The notes under the pieces were generated by a model, which was given only the letters and a program-made list of their open reading frames with translations, was not told the DNA's origin and made no database searches. A DNA stretch of 34,794 nucleotides from Myxococcota bacterium (lineage in GTDB: Bacteria > Myxococcota_A > Polyangia > Polyangiales > Houyiibacteriaceae), in contig JBCCEA010000036.1 of the NCBI GenBank assembly GCA_039030515.1, positions 1-34,794 of the forward strand, read 5' to 3'. Numbering within the stretch: position 1 is the stretch's first letter; each line of letters begins with the position of its first letter. This document shows, piece after piece, positions 17,084 through 27,824 of this stretch. The position numbers were made by a program, and so were the translations under genes.

Positions 17084-19714
17084 ATGGCCGAACGATATAC
17101 CCCCAGCGAGATCGAACCCAAGTGGCAAGCGTACTGGGAATCCGACAAAACGTTTCGGACCTCTGAGGATCCTCTTAAAGCCAAAAGGTACATCCTCGAC
17201 ATGTTCCCCTATCCCTCGGGTTCGGGTCTCCATGTGGGTCATCCTGAGGGCTACACCGCGACCGATATCATGTCGCGATACCTGCGCTCCACCGGGCATT
17301 CGGTACTCCATCCGATGGGCTGGGACGCGTTTGGTTTGCCTGCCGAACAGCATGCGATCCGCACCGGAACGCATCCGAGAACTACCACAGCAAAGAACAT
17401 CGCCACGTTTCGACGTCAGCTGAAGATGCTCGGCTTTAGCTATGACTGGGAGCGGGAGATCGACACCACAGACCCGTCGTACGTGCGCTGGACACAGTGG
17501 ATCTTTCTCAAGCTATTCGAACGTGGGCTCGCCTATCAAGAAGAGACTCCGGTGAACTGGTGCCCAGAGCTCGGTACGGTCCTCTCGAACGAAGAAGTGA
17601 AGGATGGCCTCAGCGAGCTTGGTGGTTTCCCCGTCGAGCGAGTTCCCCTGCGGCAGTGGATGTTGCGAATCACCGCCTATGCGGATGCGCTTTTGGACGA
17701 CTTGAGTCGTGCTCAGTGGCCAGAGAGCACTCGGACCATGCAGCGCGAGTGGATCGGGCGTTCAGTCGGTGCCCAGATTCAGTTCGCCATCCCCAATCTA
17801 AATACCTCGATCGAAGTGTTTACGACCCGACCGGATACCCTTTTTGGCGCGACATTTATGGTGCTGGCCCCCGAGCATCCGCTGGTCTCCCGGGTGACCA
17901 CCGAGCAGCACAGATCGCGGGTGGATACTTACGTCGCACAGGCCGCCCGCAAAAGTGAACTCGATCGTAAGAGCGCACGGGAAAAGACGGGAGTGTTCAC
18001 CGGAGGCTACTGTCTCCATCCCCTAAGCGGTGCGGACGTACCCATTTGGATCGGAGACTACGTTCTTTGGGGCTACGGTACGGGCGCAGTGATGGCGGTC
18101 CCGGCGCATGATGCCCGCGATTACGAATTTGCACAGCGCTACGAACTTCCGATTCATCAGGTGGTGCGCCCCGGTGGAGCGACCGAGAACACGGAAGCAC
18201 GGACTGATTTAGATGAGGCGTTTGTCGAACCCGGCGTCGTCTTCAACTCCGGCAAGTACGACGGCATGACGACAGAGGAATGCAAAGTCGCGATCGTCGC
18301 TGATTTGGAGGCTTCCGGGGGAGGGCGAAAGCGAGTCGAGTTCAAGCTTCGCGACTGGGTTTTTTCCCGTCAAAGGTATTGGGGAGAGCCGATTCCCATC
18401 TATTTTCCGGTTGAAACACAGGGCGATCCAAGAAAAGGCGACCCGCACACGATTCGCTACGACGACCCGGTTCCGGTACCGCTTGACGAGTTGCCGCTGA
18501 ATCTTCCTGAGCTTGAAGACTTCAAGCCAGGCGAGGATCCTTCCGGTCCACTTGCAAGGGCGGTCGATTGGCGTTTCTTTCAACGAGACGGCAAGTGGTT
18601 TGCGCGCGAAACAAATACGATGCCTCAGTGGGCGGGTTCTTGCTGGTACTACCTCCGCTTTATGGACCCCCACAATGCGGCGCGACCATGGTCGGAAGAG
18701 GCGGCGCAACGCTGGTTGCCCGTCGACCTCTATGTCGGTGGCGCGGAACATGCCGTGCTGCACCTACTCTACGCGCGGTTCTGGCATAAGGTGCTGTTCG
18801 ACGAAGGGTTGGTCTCTGTTCCAGAGCCTTTCGCAAGGCTTGTGCATCAGGGCATGATCCTCGGTGAAATTGAATACACGATCCATCTCGACGCATCGGG
18901 AAATCCGCTTTCGAAGGAAGCAAAAAAGGAAGATCGAGTATCTAGCCGGCGAGCGGATTCCTCAGAGGTTCGAAAGAACAAGAGTGGAGAATTCGTTCTG
19001 CTGAATGATCCTACGGTAGCGGTCGATGCGCGCGCCCACAAGATGAGCAAATCTCGGGGAAACGTCGTCAACCCCGATCTCATAGTCCAGAAGTACGGGG
19101 CGGACTCCATGCGAATCTACGAGATGTTTATGGGACCGCTGGAGGCAACTAAGCCTTGGAGCACCGCGTCCATCTCGGGGGTACGTCGTTTTTTGGACCG
19201 CTGCTGGGAACTTGCCTCCAGAGTCGATGCGGAGGCAGAGGCGACCGAAGAACTCAGGCGTTTGGAACACCGCACGATTAAAGCGGTGACCGAGCAGATA
19301 GATCAGTTGAAGTTCAATACCGCGGTGAGCCAGATGATGGTGTTTCGCGGTGAGCTTGCGAAGTGTGCCTCCGCTCCAGCAGCGCAGGTGCGGACCCTCT
19401 CACTTTTGCTGCACCCGTTTGCGCCGCATCTCGCCGAGGAGATGTGGGAGATGCTCGGTTACCCTCCCAGTATTCAGCATGTTCCCTGGCCAGAGTACGA
19501 TCCGGATTTATGCGAAGACTCGGTGGTCGAGGTTCCAGTCCAAGTTAACGGCAAGGTTCGGGCAAAGCTCCAACTTCCCAAAGACGCGGATGAGGCCACC
19601 GCTCTGCAGGCGGCTCATGCACAGGCCAATGTTGCACTTCACCTGGAGGGCAAGAACATCCGCAAGGTGATCTGGGTCCCTGGTCGAATCTTGAATCTGA
19701 TCGCCCGTAGCTAG
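17084..19714 (+). CDS. leuS: Leucine--tRNA ligase
   Basis: Motifs MFPYPSGSGLHVGH (HIGH), GWDAFGLPAE, FTTRPDT editing domain, DWVFSRQRYWG, KMSKS and VQVNGKVR. Start placed at ATG 17084. Confidence 0.97.
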   Translation: MAERYTPSEIEPKWQAYWESDKTFRTSEDPLKAKRYILDMFPYPSGSGLHVGHPEGYTATDIMSRYLRSTGHSVLHPMGWDAFGLPAEQHAIRTGTHPRTTTAKNIATFRRQLKMLGFSYDWEREIDTTDPSYVRWTQWIFLKLFERGLAYQEETPVNWCPELGTVLSNEEVKDGLSELGGFPVERVPLRQWMLRITAYADALLDDLSRAQWPESTRTMQREWIGRSVGAQIQFAIPNLNTSIEVFTTRPDTLFGATFMVLAPEHPLVSRVTTEQHRSRVDTYVAQAARKSELDRKSAREKTGVFTGGYCLHPLSGADVPIWIGDYVLWGYGTGAVMAVPAHDARDYEFAQRYELPIHQVVRPGGATENTEARTDLDEAFVEPGVVFNSGKYDGMTTEECKVAIVADLEASGGGRKRVEFKLRDWVFSRQRYWGEPIPIYFPVETQGDPRKGDPHTIRYDDPVPVPLDELPLNLPELEDFKPGEDPSGPLARAVDWRFFQRDGKWFARETNTMPQWAGSCWYYLRFMDPHNAARPWSEEAAQRWLPVDLYVGGAEHAVLHLLYARFWHKVLFDEGLVSVPEPFARLVHQGMILGEIEYTIHLDASGNPLSKEAKKEDRVSSRRADSSEVRKNKSGEFVLLNDPTVAVDARAHKMSKSRGNVVNPDLIVQKYGADSMRIYEMFMGPLEATKPWSTASISGVRRFLDRCWELASRVDAEAEATEELRRLEHRTIKAVTEQIDQLKFNTAVSQMMVFRGELAKCASAPAAQVRTLSLLLHPFAPHLAEEMWEMLGYPPSIQHVPWPEYDPDLCEDSVVEVPVQVNGKVRAKLQLPKDADEATALQAAHAQANVALHLEGKNIRKVIWVPGRILNLIARS

Positions 19715-19741
19715 ATCGCAGGCGTCGCGTAGATTTGCATT

Positions 19742-20980
19742 TTAGGGTTTCGATCCTGCGGCCGACCCATCTCTCTCGAATCCGAATTGGCTCAAACCAA
19801 AACTCCGAGGCAACAATCCGGTATAGGGGTACGCATCTTGTCTCCGCAGCAGTTCACTTCGGTTTGCGGTGGGTACGGCGGGGAGCGGATCAACTTCCCA
19901 CTCGGAATGAAAGATTTGCCTGATCAATTTTTCGGCGCGTTTTGCGTGAGGAGAAAATCCCCATATGGCCTCTTGAGAAACATCATCCAGATCGGAGAAA
20001 TAACGCCATATGAAAAGTCCTGTAAACCAAGGCTCAGAGAGGAACGCCCCCAGCGTCGCCGCGAAACTCCGCTCTTGCTCTCGCTCGTCGTACATCACGT
20101 CGTCCATCGCCTCAGGCCACACCCAAGGACGAATCGCGGCGTTTGCAACCGAAGTGTATCCAAGCTCGGTGAAGACCACCGGCATGCGAAGTGTTTCGGC
20201 GTGCCGGCGTAGTTCGTCTGCATTGCGTCTGGCCTGCATCAGGTACTCCTGATCGCTCCTTGCCGAGTATTGGCCTAAGGGGTGAAACGCGTTGACGCCG
20301 ATGAGGTCGAGTTGGTCCCAGAACACAACGTTAGACACTTCATCCCAGTTTGCACTGTAGGTGAGAGCTCCGGAAAATACGCTGCGGACCTCTTGGATGA
20401 GCTCGAGCCAAAATGGGAACAATCGTCCCGACCAGCTGGTGCATTCGACGCCGATGGAGAGTGCGGTAGCGCCTGATCTCTCGGCAATGCGCGCCCAGCG
20501 CATCAACCATACACGGTAGCTTGCGAGGAATGCCGACCAGCGCTCGCTGGAACCGGGGTCGATCTGCCCCCGCCACTCGTAGCTCTCGACCCATAGATGA
20601 GGTACGAGAAGGACATCGAAACCTCGCGCTCGCGCCTGTGAGATCATGAGCTCCACGCCACGCTCGCTGTCGATCATTGGCGCCTCGAAGTCTGGCTGGA
20701 TGCGTGTGCTGCGCAGATTCGAAATCCGGCCAAAGGGAGTGATTGAAACCCAGTTGACCCCGAGTCGAGCCAACTCCTCCAGCAGCTCCGCCGAGTAGCT
20801 GGTTCCGTAGCCACGCCCCGGATGCTGTGAGGATTCGATGGGGCCGATTGTAATACCTCGAATGCCCATCCGTCCGGATTCTTTCCATGCGGAAGCTCCA
20901 GGCGGCAGATGGTGCCAGGCCTGAGCGGGTGAAACGATGAGGATCAAGAAGAACGATATCCCCACCAGAAGGTTGCGCAT
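19742..20980 (-). CDS. Secreted glycoside hydrolase family 113-like (TIM barrel)
   Basis: Signal peptide (PAQA), LGVNWVSI, VLLVPHL, WRGQI, SIGVE, LTYSANWD, LDLIGVNAF and VVFTELGY (two clan-A-type Glu). Confidence 0.8.
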   Translation of the reverse strand: MRNLLVGISFFLILIVSPAQAWHHLPPGASAWKESGRMGIRGITIGPIESSQHPGRGYGTSYSAELLEELARLGVNWVSITPFGRISNLRSTRIQPDFEAPMIDSERGVELMISQARARGFDVLLVPHLWVESYEWRGQIDPGSSERWSAFLASYRVWLMRWARIAERSGATALSIGVECTSWSGRLFPFWLELIQEVRSVFSGALTYSANWDEVSNVVFWDQLDLIGVNAFHPLGQYSARSDQEYLMQARRNADELRRHAETLRMPVVFTELGYTSVANAAIRPWVWPEAMDDVMYDEREQERSFAATLGAFLSEPWFTGLFIWRYFSDLDDVSQEAIWGFSPHAKRAEKLIRQIFHSEWEVDPLPAVPTANRSELLRRQDAYPYTGLLPRSFGLSQFGFERDGSAAGSKP

Positions 20981-21077
20981 GAGAGCACTATTCCTATTGT
21001 GGTAATCTCACTGGAGACGAGCTCCACTAGCGAAGCTTATTCTGGGGTTTCCCCGAACTCGTGCAGACGCATCCGTC

Positions 21078-21731
21078 CTACTGCGTGTTCCCCTTGTCCT
21101 CTGTCTCCTCGTGCTTTCGCGTCTTGGGGTTGCGGCTGCCGGAATCTCCCCCGCGTTTCAGCTCGGTGAGTACGAGTTTGGCGACGTCTCTCAGAGTGTC
21201 GAATACACCGACCCCGTCCACTGCGACCGCCTCGAACTCGGGAACGTTCGAGGGGTTGAGCATTTCGTGCAGCTCCTCTTTCGAAGCGATCGAAGGCATG
21301 TCGCGTTTGTTGTACTGGATGACATAGGGAAGCTTATCGAGACTGTAGCCCTGCTCGGCTAGGTTGGTGCGAAGGTTCTCCATCGACTCGAGATTTGCCT
21401 CCATTCGAGCGATCTGAGAATCCGCCACAAATACGACCCCGTCTACGCCTTTGAGTATCAGCTTGCGACTGGCGTCATAGAACACCTGCCCGGGAACCGT
21501 GTACAGGTGAAAGCGAGTCTTAAATCCTCGAATCTCCCCGAGCGCGAGAGGAAGAAAGTCAAAGAACAACGTTCTCTCGGTCTCGGTGGCGAGAGAGATC
21601 ATCTTGCCTTTCGCTTCGGGATTGGTCTTATTGTAGATGTGCTGAAGGTTTGCGGTTTTGCCACACAACCCGGGTCCGTAATATACGATTTTACAGTTAA
21701 TTTCGCGGGATAGATAATTGATGAACGACAT
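21078..21731 (-). CDS. mglA: Gliding-motility/polarity small GTPase MglA
   Basis: Motifs [42 protein letters not shown] and QYNKRD. Lies downstream of mglB. Confidence 0.97.
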   Translation of the reverse strand: MSFINYLSREINCKIVYYGPGLCGKTANLQHIYNKTNPEAKGKMISLATETERTLFFDFLPLALGEIRGFKTRFHLYTVPGQVFYDASRKLILKGVDGVVFVADSQIARMEANLESMENLRTNLAEQGYSLDKLPYVIQYNKRDMPSIASKEELHEMLNPSNVPEFEAVAVDGVGVFDTLRDVAKLVLTELKRGGDSGSRNPKTRKHEETEDKGNTQ

Positions 21732-21742
21732 CGGTCGCCTCC

Positions 21743-22225
21743 TCAGTCGTTGAACAGGTTGTCGATGTCGTCGTCCGTGATCTCCGCGAACGGTGTCTCG
21801 TGTGACGGATCGGATACTTTAGCCAACAGCGCCTCGAATATGCCGTTGAGTTTTTCGCTCGCTTTCTTCACTCGAAGCCGAACCAGCCCGAGGCTTGTTT
21901 TGCTATCGAATATGACGACGAGGATCACTCGATTTCCGACGAGCTGGATGTGGATGTTCGCGTGTTCGCCTTCGTGGAATTGAGTCGTAAACTCTTTTTC
22001 CGCTAGCAAATTCGCGATTCCGCCAGTGGCTGCGATATTGCCGGCCGTCAGTGACGCTAGCGAAGTGGTGTCAAGCTGCTCGGTTTCTCCGGACGCCGCG
22101 ATGAGCTGACCATTTTTATCGATAATGAAGACAACTTGGGCGTTTGCCTCAGCAACCAGTCGATTGGTGATCGCCTGAATCTGGTTGAACTCCTCTTCAT
22201 ACATCACCATCTGCGGGTTCGCCAT
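21743..22225 (-). CDS. mglB: MglA GTPase-activating protein MglB (roadblock/LC7)
   Basis: Motifs [46 protein letters not shown] and [14 protein letters not shown]. Confidence 0.96.
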   Translation of the reverse strand: MANPQMVMYEEEFNQIQAITNRLVAEANAQVVFIIDKNGQLIAASGETEQLDTTSLASLTAGNIAATGGIANLLAEKEFTTQFHEGEHANIHIQLVGNRVILVVIFDSKTSLGLVRLRVKKASEKLNGIFEALLAKVSDPSHETPFAEITDDDIDNLFND

Positions 22226-22352
22226 GAACTCCTCCGCGCTGAAACAACGCTCGTACCTATCAAACAGGTGCCCTTGGGTAAAGGACTACGAACATAGAAA
22301 AACCGGTATCGCACCATTGCACCCACCGATGTCGAATCTAAGCTTCCCCTCG

Positions 22353-24134
22353 ATGTTTGCGATGGCAGCCCGCACCGTGGTCAACGGATTGCTTCTACTC
22401 TTGCTGCCTCTTTGGTGCCTTCGACGCATTGCGACCAGGTCAAGGGTGCCGTGGGTACTGCTCCGACTGCAACCCCGAATTGCGGAGTTCCCACCGTTGC
22501 GATCCCGATGGCTGCAGTGGATCGCCCGTGGCAGGCGCGGACAAGTTACGTCTCTACAGACGGTAAACCGTCTGATAGCGCATATTTCCAAAGATGAGCG
22601 TGCGCGGGGATTGACCCTGGTGATCCCGCAGCTTCAAGCGGGCTGGAGCACGCTTCAATCCTTGCGAGAGGCGATCGAAACTCTGCGATCCCACGCCAAG
22701 GAGGTGGTCGCGTACCTGCCCGAGGGTGGCGGGAATCGAGAGCTATTTGTGGCTTCAGCGGCAGACCGGGTCTTCTTGGGACCTCATGCGACGCTAGCGC
22801 CTCTCGGCCTGTCCATAGAGTCGCTCTACTTTGAAGAGTTCCTCAATCGTCTCGGCATCGAGGTTCAGACTGTCCGGCGTGGTGCGTACAAGACGGCGAC
22901 GGAGGCGTTCCAGTCTAACCAGATGAGCGAACCTCAGCGCGAGCAGCTCATGGCGTACCTGCGCACCCTGGACGACAGTCTCGTCGATGCACTTTCAAAG
23001 GGCAGATCACTGGATGGCGCGCGTGTCCGCTCGTTACTGGAACAGGGTATGGTGGGAGCGGCTCAGGCACTGCAGCAGGGGCTTGTCGATGGCCTCTGTT
23101 ACGAAGACGAGCTTCCTGCGATCGTTGCGAAGGCACGCGAAGACTATCGTGAGTTGTCTACGGAGGTTTCGCCGGCTGAGAGCGGATCGGATGACCCTTC
23201 GTACGCCAAAGCATTTCAAATTGCGGCCCGGTACCTTGCGCGCAAAGAGGCTCGGCCTTTTGTCCCCCTGAAGCCTCGCCCGTACCTGGCCTTGGTTCCA
23301 GTGATCGGCGCAATCCGCGCGAGCGAGGGCCGCTCCTACGGCCGGAGCAGCGTTTCACCGTCGCTCGGGAAAACGATACGCGCACTGAAGAAGGATCGGC
23401 GCGTCTGTGGCGTGATCCTTTGGATCGATTCTCCTGGGGGGTCTGCCCTTGCAAGTGATCGCATCTACCGAGAGATCGTGCGCTTACAGGAGCACAAGCC
23501 GGTCGTGGCCTACCTTGGGAACGTAGCAGCGAGTGGTGGATACTACGTGGCCGCGCCTGCCCAAGCGATCGTCGCGCAGCCATCTACCCTGACCGGATCG
23601 ATCGGAGTCATCGGTGCCAAGGCAAACTTCAGACGTTTGCAGGAGCAGCTCGGTGTTCGGAGCGAGGTGCTCAAGACGTCTTCTCACGCAGACATGTTTC
23701 GCGTCACCCGCCCGCTTTCTGAGAATGAAACGCGCACCTGGGATGCAGAGGTTCAATCGCACTACGAGGCCTTCCTCGATATCGTGGCGAAGGGTCGGGG
23801 CCTTCCCAGGGACGAAGTCGATGCGTTGGCCCAGGGAAGGGTTTGGTCTGGCCGCGATGCGCTCAGTAGGGGACTCGTCGATCGCCTGGGTGGACTTGAA
23901 GTTGCCGCTGAAGAAGTCCGACGTCGCGTTCCAGGCTCTGAGCTTGCCGAAATCCGAATGCCGACCGCGTTGATGACCCGCTCCAGGCCTGCCGACTCGG
24001 GTTTCGTTCGCGCGTTGACGGATCCATCGATCGCAGAGTTGGTTCCCGTGCAGCTTTTGAATTGGATCGCGCTCTCCTCAGAGCAGCGGTCGGGAGCGCT
24101 GTACTACTTTGACGGAAACTGGGAAGTTTTCTGA
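22353..24134 (+). CDS. sppA: Signal peptide peptidase SppA (S49, two-domain type)
   Basis: Motifs GAYKTA (catalytic Lys), IDSPGGSALAS, AASGGYY (catalytic Ser), TLTGSIGV and AQGRVWSG. Start is uncertain (ATG 22329, 22353 or 22362). Confidence 0.9.
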   Translation: MFAMAARTVVNGLLLLLLPLWCLRRIATRSRVPWVLLRLQPRIAEFPPLRSRWLQWIARGRRGQVTSLQTVNRLIAHISKDERARGLTLVIPQLQAGWSTLQSLREAIETLRSHAKEVVAYLPEGGGNRELFVASAADRVFLGPHATLAPLGLSIESLYFEEFLNRLGIEVQTVRRGAYKTATEAFQSNQMSEPQREQLMAYLRTLDDSLVDALSKGRSLDGARVRSLLEQGMVGAAQALQQGLVDGLCYEDELPAIVAKAREDYRELSTEVSPAESGSDDPSYAKAFQIAARYLARKEARPFVPLKPRPYLALVPVIGAIRASEGRSYGRSSVSPSLGKTIRALKKDRRVCGVILWIDSPGGSALASDRIYREIVRLQEHKPVVAYLGNVAASGGYYVAAPAQAIVAQPSTLTGSIGVIGAKANFRRLQEQLGVRSEVLKTSSHADMFRVTRPLSENETRTWDAEVQSHYEAFLDIVAKGRGLPRDEVDALAQGRVWSGRDALSRGLVDRLGGLEVAAEEVRRRVPGSELAEIRMPTALMTRSRPADSGFVRALTDPSIAELVPVQLLNWIALSSEQRSGALYYFDGNWEVF

Positions 24135-24251
24135 GGATCCTCTAACCTGCGACAGAGCTCGGCGACGGCGTAGGGGATGCGTTTGCTTCCGAGTTTTTGC
24201 GTTTCGCCTTCGGCAATATGCTGTCGGGCGAACCGTGGAGGGGGGGTGCAG

Positions 24252-24716
24252 ATGAGATCGCTCCATATCTGGGTCGTCGGTTTGACGATCTTTGGCAGCG
24301 TAGCTTGCGGGGGCCTGTCTCCGAAGCAAGTACGTCTTTCCGCCGAGCCAATGCCTCAGGGGGGCAACTTCCACGGAGTATATACCTCTCCGCAGTACGG
24401 GGAGATGCATCTATGCGTTTCGGGCGCCACGGTGGTGGGCTGGTTTCAAAAGCACGAACGGAGTGGGCGAATTCAGGGACAGATCGACGGCAACCTCATG
24501 AGATTTCAGTGGCGCGAGGAGCGTGAGCTGGTCGCGGGAAGGCCGACCACGACCCAAGGGCTAGGCTACTTCATGTACGAGATCGATGAAAATGGGGACC
24601 ACTACGCGCTTGGAGAGTGGGGCCATGACAAGTCCAACACAGGCGGAGGGCCGTGGCGCAACGTTCGATGGCGAGGAAACCGAAGCCCTGATTGCGCTAG
24701 GGTAGGTTTTCGCTGA
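24252..24716 (+). CDS. Hypothetical lipoprotein
   Basis: ATG after GGAGG, lipobox-like SVAC-GG, and a beta-rich aromatic body. Confidence 0.75.
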   Translation: MRSLHIWVVGLTIFGSVACGGLSPKQVRLSAEPMPQGGNFHGVYTSPQYGEMHLCVSGATVVGWFQKHERSGRIQGQIDGNLMRFQWREERELVAGRPTTTQGLGYFMYEIDENGDHYALGEWGHDKSNTGGGPWRNVRWRGNRSPDCARVGFR

Positions 24717-24725
24717 AGGGAGCGA

Positions 24726-25016
24726 TCAAGACAGTGATCGAGGTGGGAATCTTGCGACCTTAAGCACGTTCGAGTCTACCGCGACCGGATCAACCGACAT
24801 AGAATCTACCTCTGGGGCGCAGAATACGATGGCGCAATTCCTGCGGGAAGCCGCCTGGAGCCGAAAACAAAGCTCGGTCAGGCTTTCGTCACAATCCACG
24901 ATAGAGCCTTCCGCAGCGTTGCCCGTTTCTGTGTCGTAGAGACATCCATCTAGTGCGACCCAGCGGCCTTGATAACTCGCGTCGGCGCAGATCTCGCTCC
25001 AGCTCAGTCGGGGCAT
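24726..25016 (-). CDS. Small hypothetical protein (GRWVALD motif)
   Basis: GAGGAG RBS before ATG 25016. Sequence reads MPRLSWSEIC...YQGRWVALD...GSIVD.D..L.EL. The start could lie further upstream (25055). Confidence 0.65.
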   Translation of the reverse strand: MPRLSWSEICADASYQGRWVALDGCLYDTETGNAAEGSIVDCDESLTELCFRLQAASRRNCAIVFCAPEVDSMSVDPVAVDSNVLKVARFPPRSLS

Positions 25017-25239
25017 ATAGATAGGCTCCTCTTGCAAACCTTGAACTTCTGACATTCGAGATAGTGAAGCGTGCTCAGAGAACGTTCGGTGTGCGGAACT
25101 CGTCGCCCGTTGTGAAAAGTCGACGTCCGAAGCGAACACCAAACTTTGTGCAGCGCAGTCTCACAGCTGTGTTGTGCTCGCGCAAGTGAGCACCTTCTTT
25201 CTTTGACCGTTCTTGGATGCGTTTTGGTTGGAACTGGGT

Positions 25240-27171
25240 TCACGGACGACACCAGTCCCCGAAGTGTTGTCGTGATGCGCCCCCAGCGCCGACGGTGGAG
25301 ATCGAACGAAACAGCCTTCGCGCCTCGGGGCAGCGACCTTGTTGGAGAAGAATGCCAATTTTGTTGGAGGCTTTTCTCGACAGGTTGTTTCGAAGTGAAC
25401 GCACACTCGGATGCGATCGTCCTCCGGCTTGCTGCGCGGTCCGTAGGGATTGGATTGCGGCGTCGATGTCGTTCCGGCTGAGCGCTCCGTTGCCTCGAGA
25501 GAGCGCCGTCTGAAGTTTTGCCGCGTTGGGCCCCGATGCAGCGCCGACCGAACGTGTCTCTCTAGATCGCACTGGGCTTGGCCTAGATCGCACTGGGCTT
25601 GGCCTAGATCGCACTGCGCGTGGCGTTTGGGCATTCTGCCGGGTCCTTGGACTGGAACCGGAGGCAGTTTTTGACGCGCGGGCCTTGGAGCCCGCCGTGC
25701 CCGTCACCCGTATTTTCGGTGGTGGCTGTTCTTCGGATACATCGGCTGCCCGTGGCGCCGCCTCTAGCTGAGAGGGCTGCTCCTTGGGCGCTACTGAGTT
25801 GGAGGCAACCCGCTCTGATGAGGGACGAATGGGCTGCAGCGCGTCGATGGGAGGCGCGTTCCGAGCGTGGGGCGTGGTCATGGTCGGGAAATGCCGGCGG
25901 CTCAGGTAGTAGAGGCCTGCAGCTGCGACCGCTCCGAACGCAAAAATAAGGCCCACCACCACCGCTGCGAGCACGCTTCGCAAGCCACCGGACGTGAACA
26001 TCGTGATCGGTCCTGCCGCTGCGAGCTCGTGACGCTTGGGCAAGCTTCGGGCAGTCGAGGGCTCCTGCATGGCGGCTGGATCGGATGCGGTCCTATTCGG
26101 CATCTCGGAACTCCCTTGGGATGTTTCAAGAGACGGACTGGATACCACCGATGCCGAGTGCATCTGAGAGATGCCGCTACCCGTGGTGATCGTCCAGGCG
26201 GATGCAGCATCGTGGATTCCGGTGAATTCCTGCATGAAATTCAGTACTTCGCTCTGTCTCTCTTCCCGGTTCTTTGACAGAGCTCGGTAGATCGCAGATC
26301 GTTTATGCATGGATAGTGCAGCGCCGCCCGAATGGTCCTCTAGTGGAGTGGGTGGGGCGGTGAGATGCTTGGTGGCCCATTCCCAAGGAGTGGCTGCTTC
26401 AAAGGGCAGGGTGCCGGTAACCATCTCGTAGGTCATCACCCCGAGTGAGTAGATATCCGAACGGGCGTCGAGTTCCTCCCCGTTGAACTGCTCCGGGCTC
26501 ATGTACGGAGGCGTCCCGAGAATCATGCCCTGCTTGGTGAGTTTTGCTCTGGACTCGTGCTCTGCTTCGGACCTTTTCGCGATTCCAAAGTCCAGTACTT
26601 TGACAAAGTCTACTTGCCCTGCGCGCTCCGTCAGCAGCACGTTTTCGGGTTTGAGATCCCGGTGCACTACGCCGTGATGGTGTGCCTCATGAAGCGATCC
26701 ACACACCTGAAGCAGAATTCGATCGCATCGAGAAACATCGATCGCTCCTCGCTCGAGGGTCTCTGCAAGGGATTCGCCCTTGATGTACTCCATAACGATA
26801 AAGAGCGTGTGGTCCTCTAGCTCCCCGAAATCGTGGAACTGAACGGTGTTCGGATGGCTAAGAGAGATCACCGTCTCGCATTCACGATGGAAGCGCGCCA
26901 CGATCTGAGGGTCGTTGCCCAGTTCGGGGTGCAGAGTCTTGATCGCGACCTCTCGAGTTGCGGTCCCCATTTTTTGCTCGGCAAGATAGACCTTGCCCAT
27001 CCCGCCTTCTCCCAGGGCTCGAACGACTCGATACCGCCCAAGCAAAATCTTGCCTGCAAGCGGATCGGACGGGTCGTCCACCTCCAGCTCGAGCATCGCT
27101 CCGCACTTTAAGCAGAACTTCGCCTCATGTGAATTCTCGTGACCGCAACGTGTGCATGATCGGGAAATCAT
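25240..27171 (-). CDS. Membrane Ser/Thr protein kinase with an N-terminal zinc ribbon
   Basis: CTRCG..FCLKCG ribbon, [25 protein letters not shown] and GTPPYMSPE, followed by a TM helix and an extracytoplasmic tail. Confidence 0.94.
   Translation of the reverse strand: MISRSCTRCGHENSHEAKFCLKCGAMLELEVDDPSDPLAGKILLGRYRVVRALGEGGMGKVYLAEQKMGTATREVAIKTLHPELGNDPQIVARFHRECETVISLSHPNTVQFHDFGELEDHTLFIVMEYIKGESLAETLERGAIDVSRCDRILLQVCGSLHEAHHHGVVHRDLKPENVLLTERAGQVDFVKVLDFGIAKRSEAEHESRAKLTKQGMILGTPPYMSPEQFNGEELDARSDIYSLGVMTYEMVTGTLPFEAATPWEWATKHLTAPPTPLEDHSGGAALSMHKRSAIYRALSKNREERQSEVLNFMQEFTGIHDAASAWTITTGSGISQMHSASVVSSPSLETSQGSSEMPNRTASDPAAMQEPSTARSLPKRHELAAAGPITMFTSGGLRSVLAAVVVGLIFAFGAVAAAGLYYLSRRHFPTMTTPHARNAPPIDALQPIRPSSERVASNSVAPKEQPSQLEAAPRAADVSEEQPPPKIRVTGTAGSKARASKTASGSSPRTRQNAQTPRAVRSRPSPVRSRPSPVRSRETRSVGAASGPNAAKLQTALSRGNGALSRNDIDAAIQSLRTAQQAGGRSHPSVRSLRNNLSRKASNKIGILLQQGRCPEARRLFRSISTVGAGGASRQHFGDWCRP
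25562..25616. repeat. 21-bp in-frame tandem repeat inside the kinase gene
   Basis: CTAGATCGCACTGGGCTTGGC x2 plus CTAGATCGCACTG. It encodes VRSRPSP units on the minus strand. Confidence 0.9.
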
Positions 27172-27187
27172 CGGAACGCTTTCGCGG

Positions 27188-27215
27188 AGTCTACCTTCGA
27201 CCTAGTGAAGGTCAA
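27188..27215 (-). promoter_or_regulatory. Putative sigma70-type promoter for the membrane kinase
   Basis: Minus strand reads TTGACC-N16-TAGACT, with the inverted repeat ACCTTC-N8-GAAGGT overlapping the spacer. Confidence 0.45.
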
Positions 27216-27315
27216 AGCTAGCTCCCGCCGAGCCTCTCGTTTGAAGTAGTCGACGATGGCTCATATCGTAAGACACTTGACGCGAAGTGGATTCCACTCG
27301 AGGATTCCTCGCTCA

Positions 27316-27723
27316 ATGCGGCCTCTTTGGATCGTCGCGGGGATTGCGGCTCCCTTAGCGGCGGCGCTACTGCACTTCTCCGAGCTTGAATTGTGCGGCC
27401 TCAAGCGAATGATAGGGCTGCCTTGTCCTGGCTGCGGTCTGAGTCGAGGCACGGAGGCCCTGCTTCGCGGCGATCTAGTGACGATGTGGAATATGCATCC
27501 CCTGACGCCGATCGTGTTTTTGCTCTGCGGATGGTTTTGCCTTCAGCTTACGCTTTTTGGCTTTGGGATACCCAGTTCGAGATTCCCCAGTCTGAACCGT
27601 GTTCCAAACCATATGTGGGTCGCCTGGATCGTCCTGGTGCTCATGGTCTTTGCACTGCGTATGTGCGGTTTGCTCGGCGGCCATCCGGACTGGCCTCTGT
27701 CCGAATCCGGGGCGCAATTCTAA
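27316..27723 (+). CDS. DUF2752 family membrane protein
   Basis: C.LK..IGLPCPGCGLSRG...LLRGDL......HPL motif with hydrophobic helices. Alternative start at 27256. Confidence 0.85.
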   Translation: MRPLWIVAGIAAPLAAALLHFSELELCGLKRMIGLPCPGCGLSRGTEALLRGDLVTMWNMHPLTPIVFLLCGWFCLQLTLFGFGIPSSRFPSLNRVPNHMWVAWIVLVLMVFALRMCGLLGGHPDWPLSESGAQF

Positions 27724-27824
27724 GACGAGATCTGCCCCCGGAGTTCAGGCAAAAGGAATCAAGCGTGTTCAAAAGCTGAGGTCGTCGGAGCCTGCAGAGC
27801 CCTGTTATCTTGCATGCGCAAGCG

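Noticed and set aside
19715..19770. tRNA-like fragment (GGGTTTCGATCCT...CCA) after leuS
   Set aside because: No acceptor stem, D arm or anticodon arm can be formed, and it overlaps the end of the GH113-like gene.
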